From: a bacterium
Lineage (GTDB): Bacteria > SAR324 > XYD2-FULL-50-16
Direction: 5' to 3'
DNA: 64,000 nucleotides
Assembly (NCBI GenBank): GCA_032250835.1
Contig: JAVVEA010000004.1
Location: 96,001 to 160,000 of the forward strand
A model generated the notes under the pieces. That model ran no database searches and was not told the DNA's origin. It saw nothing but the letters and a program-made list of their open reading frames with translations. Shown here one piece after another: positions 20,746-32,043 of the stretch (within the stretch, counting starts at the first letter, position 1; every line of letters starts with the position of its first letter). The position numbers and the translations under genes were made by a program.

Positions 20746-22044
20746 TTTCAGCGCAGTGAAATGATCCAGCGCCTTGTCGCCTAAAACTTCTAAGGGGTCT
20801 AGGTCCTGTTTGATGCTCAGTTCGGTTCTGCGGGCTAGATCGACCAACTCGTGGGTTAAGTCCTGGCCTTGGCCATCCTGGAAGACCGCCACTTGGGGAC
20901 GGTAAAGATCGCCTTTGGGCACGTTCATGACAAAGCCCATCCGGTTATCGCTCAGCTTCACCAACGAGCCAATGGGGAATAGGCCCATCACCGCCGAAAA
21001 GTCGTCAAACACCGCTTCATCATATTCCACCCCGGCCAGTGCGTCGATATAGCGAAGCGCCGCCGCCGCGGTCCAGGACTTTTTGTAATTGCGGCGTCCG
21101 GTCAAAGCTTGATAGATGTCTATGATCGCCAAGAGGCGGGCCTCATAGCTGGCGTCTTCAAACTTCAAGTCTTTGGGGTAAGAGGAATAAATCGACTCAT
21201 CTACTTTTACGTGGTGGTAGTACCCCATATTCACCGCCGTTTCAGGCAACTTCAGCTCGGTCAACAGATTACGGCTCTTTTCGGCATGGCTGCGCAGTGC
21301 CTTCATCTCCGCACTGTCCTTCTCGAAGGGCATAGGAGATTCTAGAATATCTTTAGGCAGCAAGCTCTTGCCGATGTCGTGTAAAATCGCCGCCAATAAG
21401 GTTTCTTGCAAATCCGCAAATACGCTGGTGCGGCCGGTCTGTTCGCTGATCTTTTGGTAGACCATGGTGAAGATCGCCCCGACGTCTACACAATGGGCGT
21501 AGGTGTGGTCCGCTTGCTTGAGGGAGGCTAGGGCCGCCATGGCGTCTATGTTGGCATTTTCTACGATCTCTTCCACTAAACCTTCAATGGCCTCTAAATT
21601 GGTGACCCCTTGGGCCAAACCGTCAAAAAGGGCTTCTACGGCAACGGTGGCTCGTTCGCGGGCGACCTTACCGGCTTTAGCTTGGGTGACCAGCTGGTTG
21701 GCCTTGGCTATGGCTTGTTTGGGGTCTTCGCTGTGGCTCTGCAACACCTCAAAGGCGGTAAAGCCTTGACGGCCCAATTCGGCTAACAGGCGCTCGTTGA
21801 CCTGGGTTAAATGGGCCAAGGCTACCGGGAAGGCAAAGACTTTTTGGGGTCGGTCACCGGGGCGCAACTCGGTGATGGCGAGATCCAGCGGCTGCCCGCC
21901 GCGCTTTAGGGAGACCCGAGCCCCCGGAAAGTTGTGCTGTAGCCATTCACATTTCTTGGCGTCTAAGGCTCCAAAACGGTCTTCTAAGTCCAGGTAAGAC
22001 TGGATGGTCATGCCCTGTTGGAGTTCGTAGAGAGTCAGCTTCAA
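20737..22044 (-). CDS. HD-GYP-like phosphodiesterase
   Basis: HTYAHCVDV, LHDIGK, HH and IDIYQALTGRRNYKK motifs; start uncertain. Confidence 0.85.
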   Translation of the reverse strand: MKLTLYELQQGMTIQSYLDLEDRFGALDAKKCEWLQHNFPGARVSLKRGGQPLDLAITELRPGDRPQKVFAFPVALAHLTQVNERLLAELGRQGFTAFEVLQSHSEDPKQAIAKANQLVTQAKAGKVARERATVAVEALFDGLAQGVTNLEAIEGLVEEIVENANIDAMAALASLKQADHTYAHCVDVGAIFTMVYQKISEQTGRTSVFADLQETLLAAILHDIGKSLLPKDILESPMPFEKDSAEMKALRSHAEKSRNLLTELKLPETAVNMGYYHHVKVDESIYSSYPKDLKFEDASYEARLLAIIDIYQALTGRRNYKKSWTAAAALRYIDALAGVEYDEAVFDDFSAVMGLFPIGSLVKLSDNRMGFVMNVPKGDLYRPQVAVFQDGQGQDLTHELVDLARRTELSIKQDLDPLEVLGDKALDHFTALKLT

Positions 22045-22267
22045 AGTGGTTGGGCTTTGGGTTTTTTTAAATCGGGTGCAACCCGTGTCTTTACAGTGTA
22101 AACGGACCGGAAGCCTCTGCCAAGCGCAAAGGGTATTTTGAAGCTGGGGGATTGGGCTTAGGGCTTAACTTGTTTTTTTTACGGACCTTTGACTTGGACT
22201 TGTTGGGGGGTAGGGCTGAATCGGGCATAGTGAAGTCATCTAAACTACCCCGATAAGAGGAGGGACC

Positions 22268-22627
22268 ATGTTTGATGAATACGCCTTTAAGCAGGCCGCA
22301 CGTCTTGGATTTTGGCTGCACCGAGAAAAAGGCGGCAATGTCCATTCTTTTTGGCCTAAGTTAGATTTCTTCACGCCGCTGCTCAAGGGCACCCGGTTAG
22401 AGGAGCTGCTGGAACGAATGCATTACGATGAATTGGGCCAGGTGGACGAAGCCTTTTTAGACCAGATGGCCCAAGAGATGACGCCCTTCCAAAAGACCCA
22501 AACCCTTTACTTTTTGGATCACTTGAGCGAACGAGACCGGCAAGACCTCCCGCTTGCCGAATTGACCAAGATGCGCGACCTTTACCACCGCATCCTCTTT
22601 GGCCGGCCTTTGTCGGCCTTAGGCTAA
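22268..22627 (+). CDS. Hypothetical protein
   Basis: 119-aa ORF with strong GAGGAGG RBS. Confidence 0.7.
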   Translation: MFDEYAFKQAARLGFWLHREKGGNVHSFWPKLDFFTPLLKGTRLEELLERMHYDELGQVDEAFLDQMAQEMTPFQKTQTLYFLDHLSERDRQDLPLAELTKMRDLYHRILFGRPLSALG

Positions 22628-22636
22628 GTTCTGGGT

Positions 22637-23371
22637 CTAGAGGCCGCTCAGTAAGCGGGGGTCGTCGCTGAAGACCCCGTGCAGGCCTAGTTTAAACAGC
22701 TCTCGGGCCCGCTCGGCTTGGTTGACCGTATAGACCAAGTATCGGTAGCCGCCTTGGTGCAGGGCGATGGCATCGGCCTCTTGGGCGTGGGCTTGGTCCC
22801 CGTGGAAGGCATAGGCGTCCAAACGGCGCAGCATTGCCCAGGACTCAGCGTCCAGCGGCGACACGCTGAGTAAGGAAAGGGCCATTTGCGGCGCTAAGGC
22901 GCGCAGGCTTAAAAGGCAATCGGCGGCAAAGGAACTAACCAACACCGAAGAGGTCAAGTCCCGTTCGTTAAGGGCCTCCATCATCTGGCCCAAGACCCGA
23001 TCCCCACCGGTTTTATAGGTTTCGGGCTTGATTTCTAGGTTCAGGGCAATCCGACCCTTCGCGAGGTCTAGTAATTCCTCAAAGCTGGGGATTAAGGTCC
23101 CGGCAAACTCCGGTCCCTTCCAGGCCCCGGCGTCGAGCTGGCGCAATTCCTGGTAACTTTTTGCTTGGATAGATCCCTGGGCCCCGGTGATCCGGTCCAA
23201 GGTTTCGTCATGAAAGACCAGCAACCGACCATCTTGACTTAAAGCTAAATCCACCTCGGCCATCGGGGCTTTGGCTTGGATTGCTGCCTCAAGTGCCGGT
23301 AGGGTGTTTTCGGGGAAGTGGGCCGAGTCGCCTCGATGGGCCACCACGCTGGCCCAAGGGAGTAAGAACAT
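22637..23371 (-). CDS. Glycerophosphodiester phosphodiesterase
   Basis: AHRGDS, PENT, FHDETLDR, NLEIK, YTVN and SDDP motifs. Confidence 0.93.
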   Translation of the reverse strand: MFLLPWASVVAHRGDSAHFPENTLPALEAAIQAKAPMAEVDLALSQDGRLLVFHDETLDRITGAQGSIQAKSYQELRQLDAGAWKGPEFAGTLIPSFEELLDLAKGRIALNLEIKPETYKTGGDRVLGQMMEALNERDLTSSVLVSSFAADCLLSLRALAPQMALSLLSVSPLDAESWAMLRRLDAYAFHGDQAHAQEADAIALHQGGYRYLVYTVNQAERARELFKLGLHGVFSDDPRLLSGL

Positions 23372-23454
23372 GGGTCTGTAGGTTAGGGTTTGTCTTTAAG
23401 TCTAACCTTGCCTTAAACTAAAGAAAAGTCCCAAAGCTTCCCCTTGGAATCAAG

Positions 23455-23928
23455 ATGCCCTTACCGGACCTCACCCCCCAATCCCAAGACCGCCTCTGGC
23501 TGGTCAGTTCGCCGCTGCCTTGGCCTTTAGGGCCTATGGCTCGGCATGCTTGGCTGGTGGTCCAATTGGCCGATCAAGCGCCCCAACGTTGGGAGGTTTG
23601 GCAGTCCCCCCACCGGAGCCCCCTATCCTGGGGGCACGTGCATCGTGACCTCTGCGGCCCCTTTGAGGGTATGGCTCTTTGGCCGGGCTGGCGCTGTGGC
23701 CGCCGGGCCTGGGCGGCGCGGATCGAGGCCGAAGCGGTAGGCGAGACCGCCCGGCAGGTGGCGGAATTTTTAAATCACCAAGCACCTAACTATACCCACC
23801 GTAACCACTACCGGTTTTTTCCGGGCCCCAACTCCAATAGCTTTGTCGCTTGGGCCTTAGCCTCTTGCCGGTTAGCCTGGGTACTGCCTTGGACCGCTTG
23901 GGGGAGGAACTACCCCATAGAGGTATAG
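23455..23928 (+). CDS. DUF3750-like protein
   Basis: HAWLVV, RWEVW and YRFFPGPNSNSFVAW motifs. Confidence 0.7.
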   Translation: MPLPDLTPQSQDRLWLVSSPLPWPLGPMARHAWLVVQLADQAPQRWEVWQSPHRSPLSWGHVHRDLCGPFEGMALWPGWRCGRRAWAARIEAEAVGETARQVAEFLNHQAPNYTHRNHYRFFPGPNSNSFVAWALASCRLAWVLPWTAWGRNYPIEV

Positions 23929-24034
23929 GGTAAAAATTATGGTTCCCATCAAGGACTTAGCTTGATATGGATTAGGGTCCTTTCCCTGGGAAATCAACCG
24001 GGGCGTCGGTTCTGAATTCTGCCTCAGGGTCTCG

Positions 24035-27000
24035 TTGATTATTAGCCGAAAAGCGCTCATTGCGTTGGTTTTGCTGCTGAATGCCTTGATTTTTGGGTGG
24101 GCTTACCAGCGTGAGTCTGCCGCCAAGCACCAAAACCTTAAACTCCAGGAAAAACAGTTATTGGCGATGCCTTTGGAAGACGCCGGGGCTTCCTTTGGAT
24201 TGGCTTTAGGTGACTTGGCAATGCTGGCAAAACATCATGAAGTCCTGGCCTATTTAGACGGTGAGCGCGAGTTGCCGGCGGTGTTGGTGCATGACCTTAA
24301 GACGCTGGTTCAGGTTAAGCCCGCTTATCGGGAATTGACCCTGACCCGTCTGAGTAAACCAGACTTCCGGTTCAGTACCTTAAGCGGAGTCGGGCCCATT
24401 CCGGCCTATTGGCAACAGATGTTAAGCGGTGCCAACTTCCAGGCCCTGGCCCACAGCTCCCGTCAAAACCCTGAGTATTTCGTGGTCCAAGAGCAGGCCC
24501 CCGGACAGGGTGCGGCGCGGTTTGTGGTCGGTGTGGCGCTCAGCGGCCAAGACCCGAGCCGCAACAGCCTGCTGATGCTGCACTTAGACTTAGCGGCCTC
24601 CAATAGTCTGTCACGGCTGGCGGGATTCCCCTGGGCTGGGCATGTGGACTTGCTCAACGGACAGGGTGAGTCGGTTTTGACTTTGGGCTCAACCCAAAAG
24701 GTGCACCATGATCACCCCCACCAATGGCAGCGGATCTTGACCCAAGCTAAAAGCCGCGTGGAGTCTTTTGAAGACGCCGAAGGGTTGTTTACCTTCAAAC
24801 GGGTGGACCTTCTGTCTGGCTTCAGCAGCCAGGAGTTGTTGCGTTTTAGCGAAGCCGATGCCTTTGTCTGGTATTTGATCCTCCATCTGCCGCCGGAAGT
24901 ATTTGAACAGCAGACCCATGGCTTGGCGCGGTGGATTACCTTTTTATTTGTCTTGGTCTCTGCGTTGGCGGTCTTCGCTATCTGGCTTTGGGACTATTTG
25001 GGTCGCCGCTATCAGTTCAAGAACGACCAATTGAGGCAATACCACGACAACCTATTGGCAACGGTTCAGTCGGTCGGTGAAGGGATTGTGCTCTGTACCG
25101 AAGCAGGGAAAATCGAGTTTGTGAATTTAGAGGCCGAGCGGATCTTTGGGGCCCATGCCGCCGACTTGAAGGCCAAGTCGATGGAGTCCCTCTTTGTGGA
25201 CGCCAAGGTATGGGCGGACGCACCTGCGGGCCTTTGGGTTCGGCTTGAAGGCCGTCGTCTAGGGGGCTCCTTGCCCTTGGAAATACGCTGGGAAGGCTTT
25301 GATGATGGCTTTGGGGGCAGTCTGAAAGCCGTTGCTATTCGGGACCTAAGCGACCGACTGGCCTATCAGGCGGCTTTGATCAAAAGCCGCCAACAGTTAG
25401 AACAGGCCCAACAGATCGCCGCCTTTGGCTATTGGACCTTCGACCCCCTCAAAGAGACCTTCTTTTGGAGTACTGAAGTCTACCACTTGCTAGGCTATAG
25501 CGCCCAAAAAAACCAGCCGGGCTTGGATGACTTTGTCAGTGGTATGCTCGCCCAGGACCGGGAAATGCTGGCGGCCACTTTTAAGCGCGGTGCCCAAGAG
25601 CCCTTTCAATTCCAAGAAGATTATAAGTTTAGGCGGCCCAATGGGACCCGGGTGGTGCTGCGCTGTCAGGGTAAATTTACCCATCAAGAGGGGCTATGGA
25701 TCGGTACAGAAGGAACCTTGCAAGACATCACCGACCTCAGCGACGCCTTAGACCGCCTACGCGCCAGCGAGCAGCGTTACCGCCGGTTGCTTGATCTCGC
25801 CCCGGTTCCGGTGGTGGTCCAAATTAGGGGCCGGGTGCGCTACGCCAACCAAGCCTTTGCCGGTCTGGTCGAAGCTTCAACGGTCAATGACTTGATAGGC
25901 GTTGATTTCTTAAACTTCACCCAACCTCAGGCCCATCATGGCTTGATCAAGTGCTTCGAAAGCGTTAGGCAAGGCCAGCGGACCGAGCCCGAATTGGTCA
26001 AAGTAGTGACCTTAAACCACCAAACCCGCTTGTGCGAGGTGATCGGGATGCCCGTCGAATTTGCCGGTGAAGAGGCAATCCAGACGATCATCCTAGACAT
26101 TACGGAGCGCGAAGAAAGCAAACGGGCGGCCGAAGAGTCGGCCAGTAAATATAAAGGGCTCTTTGTTAATGCGCCGGACCTGATTTTCCTGGTGGACCAC
26201 CAAAGCGGCCAAATTCTTGACTGCAATCCGGCGACGACGCGCCAGTTGGACTTTAGTCGCGACGAACTGTTAGAAAAAAACATCTTTGAGTTGGACCGGG
26301 GGGTGCCTCAGCTCAGCTCCGCAGACCTAGAAGCCAAGTGCCGCGAACTGGGTAACTATAGCTTCGAAACCCGTATTTTGACCCGCGCCGGGACGTTGTT
26401 GGACTTTGAAGTCACCAGCTCGTTGGTTCGGTATGGCGATAGCTTTGCCTTCATGAGCATTTCGCGCAACATCACCGAGCGCAAGCGGGCGATGGAATTG
26501 TTGATGGCCAATGAAGAGCGCTTCAAACTCTTTTATCAGCAGGCCCCGATCGCCTACCAGTCACTCAACGCCGAGGGGGTCATCGTTGAGGTTAACCCCG
26601 CCTATTGCGAGATGCTGGGCTACCCTCGCTCAGACTTGTTGGGCAAGTGGTTCGGCGAGCTGCTGGACGACGAGAACCGGGCCCTATTCAATGAGCGTTT
26701 CGAGCGCTTTAAACGGGCGGGGCACATCGACGGGGTCGAGTTCCGCTGCCGCCGGGCTGATGGCAAGGAAATCTTAGCCGAATTAAATGGCCGCATCGTT
26801 TACAACCTACAGGGCCAATTCCAGCAGACCCAATGCGTCTTGTATGACATCACCGCCCACCGCGAACTGGAAAAGGCCTTAGAAGAGGCCAAACTAGCTG
26901 CCGAACAGGCCAGCCGCACCAAAAGCGAGTTTTTGGCCAATATGAGCCATGAGATCCGCACCCCCATGAACGGCGTCTTGGCGATGGCCCAGCATTTAGC

Positions 27001-28021
27001 AACCACTAGTTTAGATGAGGACCAAAGCGAGTCCGTAGAATTGCTGGGCCAGTCGGCCAAAAACCTCCTGGTGGTGATCAACGACATCTTGGACCTTTCG
27101 AAGATTGAGGCCGGAAAAATTGAGTTGGTCGAAGAACCCTTTGACCTGCGCCATCATGTCCAGCGTCAGGCTGAATTATTCCGGCATGACGTGAACGATC
27201 GGGGTTTGGAGTTGATCTTAAACTTGGATGAAACCCTGGCCCCGGCCTATTTGGGTGATGTTTACCGGATCGGGCAGGTGCTCAATAATTTCTTGTCCAA
27301 CGCCATCAAATTCACCGAAGCGGGGCAGATTCGCTTGAGTGTATTGGTCGATGGGGATCATATTGTCTTTGAAGTAAGTGACACCGGGCAAGGCATCCCG
27401 CTTGAGCGCCAAGAGGCGATCTTTAAACCCTTTGAACAGCTAGACAGCAGCACCAGCCGGAGATTCGGCGGCACGGGACTGGGCTTGGCGATCAGCCACC
27501 GGCTAGTGGATTTGATGGGCGGGGAAATCTCTTTGCATAGTCAAGAAGGCCAAGGTGCGACCTTTAGCTTTTGGCTTCCATTAAAAGCTTTGAACCAACT
27601 GGAACAACGGGGTGAAAAGGGTCCTCAGGGGCCACCGGACCTGTCTGGGCATTGTTTATTGCTGGTGGAAGATAACCGGGTCAACCAGAAGGTGGCCCTA
27701 AAGATTTTAAAGAAGACCCAAATCCAAATCATCTTGGCCAACAACGGAGCCGAAGCCCTGGAACTCTTGCGCCAGGAGTCGGTCGATGTGGTTTTGATGG
27801 ATGTCCAGATGCCGGTGATGGACGGCTTAGAGGCGACCCAGCAGATCCGCAGCGGTGCTGCGGGCGAACGGGCCGCCCAGCTGCCGATCTTGGCCTTGAC
27901 TGCCTTTGCGCTCGCCGGGGACCGCCAAAAATGTCTGGAAGCGGGCATGGATGGGTTTTTGTCTAAGCCCTTTGACGCCGGCGATCTCTACCGCCACCTA
28001 GCCGAGTTGTTGGGCGCGTGA
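24035..28021 (+). CDS. Hybrid sensor histidine kinase (2 TM, ~5 PAS, HisKA, HATPase, REC)
   Basis: [28 protein letters not shown] and [11 protein letters not shown] motifs. Confidence 0.95.
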   Translation: MIISRKALIALVLLLNALIFGWAYQRESAAKHQNLKLQEKQLLAMPLEDAGASFGLALGDLAMLAKHHEVLAYLDGERELPAVLVHDLKTLVQVKPAYRELTLTRLSKPDFRFSTLSGVGPIPAYWQQMLSGANFQALAHSSRQNPEYFVVQEQAPGQGAARFVVGVALSGQDPSRNSLLMLHLDLAASNSLSRLAGFPWAGHVDLLNGQGESVLTLGSTQKVHHDHPHQWQRILTQAKSRVESFEDAEGLFTFKRVDLLSGFSSQELLRFSEADAFVWYLILHLPPEVFEQQTHGLARWITFLFVLVSALAVFAIWLWDYLGRRYQFKNDQLRQYHDNLLATVQSVGEGIVLCTEAGKIEFVNLEAERIFGAHAADLKAKSMESLFVDAKVWADAPAGLWVRLEGRRLGGSLPLEIRWEGFDDGFGGSLKAVAIRDLSDRLAYQAALIKSRQQLEQAQQIAAFGYWTFDPLKETFFWSTEVYHLLGYSAQKNQPGLDDFVSGMLAQDREMLAATFKRGAQEPFQFQEDYKFRRPNGTRVVLRCQGKFTHQEGLWIGTEGTLQDITDLSDALDRLRASEQRYRRLLDLAPVPVVVQIRGRVRYANQAFAGLVEASTVNDLIGVDFLNFTQPQAHHGLIKCFESVRQGQRTEPELVKVVTLNHQTRLCEVIGMPVEFAGEEAIQTIILDITEREESKRAAEESASKYKGLFVNAPDLIFLVDHQSGQILDCNPATTRQLDFSRDELLEKNIFELDRGVPQLSSADLEAKCRELGNYSFETRILTRAGTLLDFEVTSSLVRYGDSFAFMSISRNITERKRAMELLMANEERFKLFYQQAPIAYQSLNAEGVIVEVNPAYCEMLGYPRSDLLGKWFGELLDDENRALFNERFERFKRAGHIDGVEFRCRRADGKEILAELNGRIVYNLQGQFQQTQCVLYDITAHRELEKALEEAKLAAEQASRTKSEFLANMSHEIRTPMNGVLAMAQHLATTSLDEDQSESVELLGQSAKNLLVVINDILDLSKIEAGKIELVEEPFDLRHHVQRQAELFRHDVNDRGLELILNLDETLAPAYLGDVYRIGQVLNNFLSNAIKFTEAGQIRLSVLVDGDHIVFEVSDTGQGIPLERQEAIFKPFEQLDSSTSRRFGGTGLGLAISHRLVDLMGGEISLHSQEGQGATFSFWLPLKALNQLEQRGEKGPQGPPDLSGHCLLLVEDNRVNQKVALKILKKTQIQIILANNGAEALELLRQESVDVVLMDVQMPVMDGLEATQQIRSGAAGERAAQLPILALTAFALAGDRQKCLEAGMDGFLSKPFDAGDLYRHLAELLGA

Positions 28022-28285
28022 TGGCGCAGTCTACCTAGCCCGCAGCGTTCTTTCCTAGGGGCGCCATAGCCACAAGGGCCCGAACCAAAAAAGTATCCTT
28101 ACCGCCTAGTGTTGATTGCAGCGATGGTGATCGGCCCGGAAGCCGCCCTTTCCCTCTTGCGTTGGGGCGGGTTGGCTCGGTGAGAGGGACGCAAAATTTC
28201 ATCTGGCTCGGTTGATCCCCTGTGGCGACCCATGGCTTGGGTGGGGGGCTTATGCGGATTAAGCGAAGGCGGTTGATCAGCGGAG

Positions 28286-28312
28286 CCGAGGCCTCCGCTT
28301 AGGAGGCCTCGG
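28286..28312. terminator. Perfect 11-bp hairpin downstream of the multiheme cytochrome gene
   Basis: ccgaggcctcc-gctta-ggaggcctcgg between convergent genes; no clear U-tract. Confidence 0.55.
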
Positions 28313-28329
28313 GATGTTCGCCTAGCGGT

Positions 28330-29202
28330 TTACCACTCCTTACCGTGGCATTGGTAACAGCTTTGCGCGATGTCGCTACCGCGTAGGTCGGTACCGTGGC
28401 ACTCTTCACACACGCCCACCGGGTTTTTGTATTCCGTCCCGTGCAGATAGCCGTCCTTCTCTTTAGTGTGCGGGTACTCGCTCATGCGCCACCTGGCCCC
28501 GTGGCAGCTATAGCAACTAGGCGCATCGGTGCTGCCTTTGAGGTCGCTCCCGTGGCAGGCATCACAAGTCCCCACCGGGCTGTTTAGGGCCGCGCCGTGT
28601 TTCTTGCCGCCTTTGCTTACGTCATGGGCATAGCTTGAGAAAAGCCATCTGGCCCCATGGCAAGTATAACAGCTAGGTGCCGTCACACCGCCCTTCAGGT
28701 CGCTGCCGTGGCAGTCCGCACAATTGGTGGTGGGCTGGTACATCCCCAAGCTGCTGTGCATGTAGCCGCCTTGGTTGACCGTGTGGGTCTCCAAGAGGCT
28801 CCACTTGTCACCGTGGCAGTCATAACAACCGGGGCGGAAGGTCTCTTTGCCGTGGACGTTTTCTTTTTTGAGGCTGCTGCCGCCGTGGCAGTCGCCACAA
28901 TTGTCCGGTGCGTTGAAAAAGCCCTTTTTGTGTTTGACCCCGGCGATGCTCACTAAGTGGTCGTCGTTGTTCCAGATCACCCCGTGGCAATCGTAACAAC
29001 CGGGCACGTAGGCCTGACCTTTAAGGTTGACCCCGTGGCAGGCGGTGCAATCCTTGGCTTCTTTATAAAGCTTTTTGCCGTGCTCGGCTCCGTTGAGCAC
29101 AATGTTGTGGCTGATCAAGCCGGGAATCTCTTTACAGCCGGCCACCCCGAAGAGAGCCAGCATCAGGCCCAAGAGGGCCATTCTTAAAACTTGACGCCGC
29201 AT
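28330..29202 (-). CDS. Decaheme c-type cytochrome lipoprotein
   Basis: Lipobox LFGVAG-C; 10 CxxCH motifs arranged as five di-heme repeats. Confidence 0.92.
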   Translation of the reverse strand: MRRQVLRMALLGLMLALFGVAGCKEIPGLISHNIVLNGAEHGKKLYKEAKDCTACHGVNLKGQAYVPGCYDCHGVIWNNDDHLVSIAGVKHKKGFFNAPDNCGDCHGGSSLKKENVHGKETFRPGCYDCHGDKWSLLETHTVNQGGYMHSSLGMYQPTTNCADCHGSDLKGGVTAPSCYTCHGARWLFSSYAHDVSKGGKKHGAALNSPVGTCDACHGSDLKGSTDAPSCYSCHGARWRMSEYPHTKEKDGYLHGTEYKNPVGVCEECHGTDLRGSDIAQSCYQCHGKEW

Positions 29203-29741
29203 AATAAGCTCCCTCCAATCAAACCGCCAAATGAACCGCCGATGCCGTCACAAACAATGGAGCCCCAGGCCATACTAGCGCGCAGGCTGACGACCCCGTA
29301 ATGGATGTCGTTACCGGTCAAGAAAGGGCTGGGGTCCAATCCATCGGTGTTGTTGCTGAGCTTTTCGGTAGTGCTGGCCACTCCGTAGCCGATACCTGGG
29401 CCGACTGTGTAGCGACCCAAGTTATAGGGCATAAAATACCCAATTTCCCAGGAATTAAAATCCACCTGCACGTCCGACGAAACAGCGCCTTCGCTTAGGT
29501 TTCCCTGGCCGGTGAGGTTGTGGTAAAAGAGCGTCACTTCTTGGCCAAATCCAAAAAAACCGTCGGCCTCATAGCCCAAAGCGGCACTAAAACCGGCCAG
29601 CGGTAGGACTTGGGTGGTCACGGTGGCGCCCCCTTGGAGCTTTAGGTTGCCCGCTTGAGCGGCGCTACCGAAGCTGATCAAGAGCCCGCAGACCGCGATC
29701 AACGAACGGCGGAGCCAAATGAAATGTGGGATGCTCTTCAA
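29184..29741 (-). CDS. Small outer-membrane beta-barrel-like protein
   Basis: Signal peptide ending AQA, Gly/aromatic amphipathic strands, C-terminal Phe. Start chosen at TTG 29741 behind a G-rich RBS; the ORF track starts at 29849. Confidence 0.65.
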   Translation of the reverse strand: MKSIPHFIWLRRSLIAVCGLLISFGSAAQAGNLKLQGGATVTTQVLPLAGFSAALGYEADGFFGFGQEVTLFYHNLTGQGNLSEGAVSSDVQVDFNSWEIGYFMPYNLGRYTVGPGIGYGVASTTEKLSNNTDGLDPSPFLTGNDIHYGVVSLRASMAWGSIVCDGIGGSFGGLIGGSLLCGVKF

Positions 29742-29951
29742 AGATTCCCCCCGGAATGGGTCAGATGGTTTTGGGTTAAGCGTAGTCAATTCTGCAATAG
29801 AACTTCGACTCAGTCTATGTTCGCTAAATGAACGGAAGATAAATTTCAAATTAAACTTTGGCTTATTTTAGGCCTCTCTAACCTAGACACAGGACCGGTA
29901 ACGGGTTAGACTCCGCCGCGAAGAAGCAGAAATATCTTACTTAGGGGGCCC

Positions 29952-31181
29952 ATGTTACCAGTGATTCTTGTTATTGAAGGCAGCGAAATCCAAGCCCGAA
30001 TGATCGGTGACCGGGTCCAGAAGGACCTGGGCCTTGAGGTTTGGTCGGCCAAGAATTTGGAGGGCCTCGAAGACCTACTGCACCGCGCCCAAGGCCGACC
30101 GCTGATCGCGGTGAGTAATTTGATTCTGCCGGACTGCGAGCCCGGCCAAGCGGTCGATATGTGTTTGGCCGAAGGCATCCCTACGGTGGTCTTAACCAGT
30201 AGCTTCGAGCCCCAGGTCCGCAAAGAACTGCTCAAAAAACAGGTCGCTGATTATGTGATCAAAACCTCTAGCTCCTTAAGTGAGTTGACGGCGATCCTCA
30301 AACGCTTGGTGCATAACGCCCAATTTGAGGTCTTGATCGTTGACGACTCGCGGCTTTTCCGCCAGGAACAGGCCCGCTTGTTAAAGCTTTTTCGCTTTGT
30401 GGTGTTTGAAGCCAGCAACGGTGTGGAAGCCTTGGCGCAGTTGCAGGCCCACCCTGAAGTCCGCTTGGTCTTGACCGACCTAGAAATGCCCCAACTCAAT
30501 GGGTTGCAACTAACCAACGAGATCCGCAAGACCTATCCTAAAGACAAGCTAGCCATCATTGGCCTTTCGGCCTACGCCGACGACGAAACCTCGGCCATGT
30601 TCATCAAAAACGGCGCCAACGACTTTTTGCGTAAACCCTTTTTACAAGAAGAGTTTAACTGCCGGGTCCAGCAGAACGTGGAGATGCTCGAATACATTCA
30701 AGAGCTTTATTTGGCCGCCTACCAAGACTTTTTAACCAACCTGCCCAACCGCAAGCACTTTTTTGAAGCCGGGGGCCAAAAGCTCGCCAACCGTAAGGCC
30801 CAGTGCCTGGCCATGTTCGATCTCGACCACTTCAAACAGATCAATGACCAATGGGGGCACGAGGCAGGCGACGCGGTGCTCTGCCATTTTGCGGCGCTGC
30901 TAAAAGAGCAATTGGGCGAGCGGGGGCTGATCGCCCGGTTGGGCGGTGAGGAGTTTGCCGTTATGCTGGATGAGTCGCTTGAGTCGGCGCGCCCGCTACT
31001 TGAAGGGTTGCGGCAAAAAACCGCCGAGAGTGCTTTGTTGTGGAAGGGCCAAGAACTCAAGCTAACCGTATCGGTGGGCTTGACCTTGATTGATGGCCAA
31101 AGCCTGGACGCCGGCTTGAGCGCCGCCGACAAGAACCTATATCTGGCCAAAGAAAGAGGGCGTAACCAATTGGTTGGTTAG
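29952..31181 (+). CDS. PleD-like REC-REC-GGDEF diguanylate cyclase
   Basis: Degenerate first REC, canonical second REC (TDLEMP), DLDHFKQIND and RLGGEEF motifs. Confidence 0.92.
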   Translation: MLPVILVIEGSEIQARMIGDRVQKDLGLEVWSAKNLEGLEDLLHRAQGRPLIAVSNLILPDCEPGQAVDMCLAEGIPTVVLTSSFEPQVRKELLKKQVADYVIKTSSSLSELTAILKRLVHNAQFEVLIVDDSRLFRQEQARLLKLFRFVVFEASNGVEALAQLQAHPEVRLVLTDLEMPQLNGLQLTNEIRKTYPKDKLAIIGLSAYADDETSAMFIKNGANDFLRKPFLQEEFNCRVQQNVEMLEYIQELYLAAYQDFLTNLPNRKHFFEAGGQKLANRKAQCLAMFDLDHFKQINDQWGHEAGDAVLCHFAALLKEQLGERGLIARLGGEEFAVMLDESLESARPLLEGLRQKTAESALLWKGQELKLTVSVGLTLIDGQSLDAGLSAADKNLYLAKERGRNQLVG

Positions 31182-31245
31182 CGCCGACCGCCGAAGCGAG
31201 TCCAGGAGGGCTCCCGGCGCTTAGGGGTAGGGTTGCGCCTAGGGT

Positions 31246-32043
31246 TCAGGCAAAATCTATCAAGCCTTTGGACAGGCTGATGGCGACGGCGTGCGGGGCG
31301 TTGTGGGCATCTAGCTTGGTGTAGATCTTGTTCATCAATTGCTGGGTTCGTGACTCGCTAATGGCCAACTCGTCGGCGATCATGCGGCGGTTCATGCCCC
31401 GTTGCAGCATCTGTAAAATCATCTTTTCGCGGTCTTCTAACAGGGTCTGCTCGCGTTTTTGACGCACCAGGGTAAAGGCCTTGTGGATGTGCGGCTTGAC
31501 GGTATCCAAAATAAATTCGGTTCGGCGCTCAAAAGTCACTCCGCAGAGGTTAATCTGGCTATATTCCTTTTTATTGTGCGTTTGGGCGCGCACCGCGTAC
31601 CCTTCGCCTAAACCCGCTTCAATCGCCTGCTGACGCCATTCGGGGTTGCCTTGGTAATCAAAGGCCTTCAAGTTCCAATAATGGTGCTCGAAGGCTAAGG
31701 GCATCAACAGCGAAAAGATCGGGTCGTTGTGTTCTAAGCCTGGGTTTTGTCCAGGGTGGGGCTGCTTCAGCGGCCAGTTTACTTGGAAGGACTCCAGGTC
31801 CAACAACATCCCCTCTTCATTAAACTCAGCGAGCAAGAAGCTAAGGCAGTCAAATTCTAGTAAGCCTCTAAGGGACTCAAAGATGCCTTCTAGGTCGGAT
31901 TCTTGGCGGATTTGGATGCAGCGATTGATCAGCGTCAAAATGGCTACTGCATCGCTGGGACCGCAATAGGAGAATTGCTCGGCCGTGACTTGCTGTTCCA
32001 GGGTGGGATTCATGACGCCAGATTGGGGGAGCGTTTTGGTCAT
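31246..32043 (-). CDS. LuxR-family regulator with autoinducer-binding-like domain (LuxR solo)
   Basis: NWP...DP...W...GLGEG N-terminal domain and C-terminal HTH (IADELAISE...IYTKL). Confidence 0.82.
   Translation of the reverse strand: MTKTLPQSGVMNPTLEQQVTAEQFSYCGPSDAVAILTLINRCIQIRQESDLEGIFESLRGLLEFDCLSFLLAEFNEEGMLLDLESFQVNWPLKQPHPGQNPGLEHNDPIFSLLMPLAFEHHYWNLKAFDYQGNPEWRQQAIEAGLGEGYAVRAQTHNKKEYSQINLCGVTFERRTEFILDTVKPHIHKAFTLVRQKREQTLLEDREKMILQMLQRGMNRRMIADELAISESRTQQLMNKIYTKLDAHNAPHAVAISLSKGLIDFA

Noticed and set aside
28022-28285. GGACGCAAAA suggesting a c-di-GMP-I riboswitch
   Set aside because: The GGCAAAC/GNRA stem is missing, and the site lies between convergent genes rather than in a leader.
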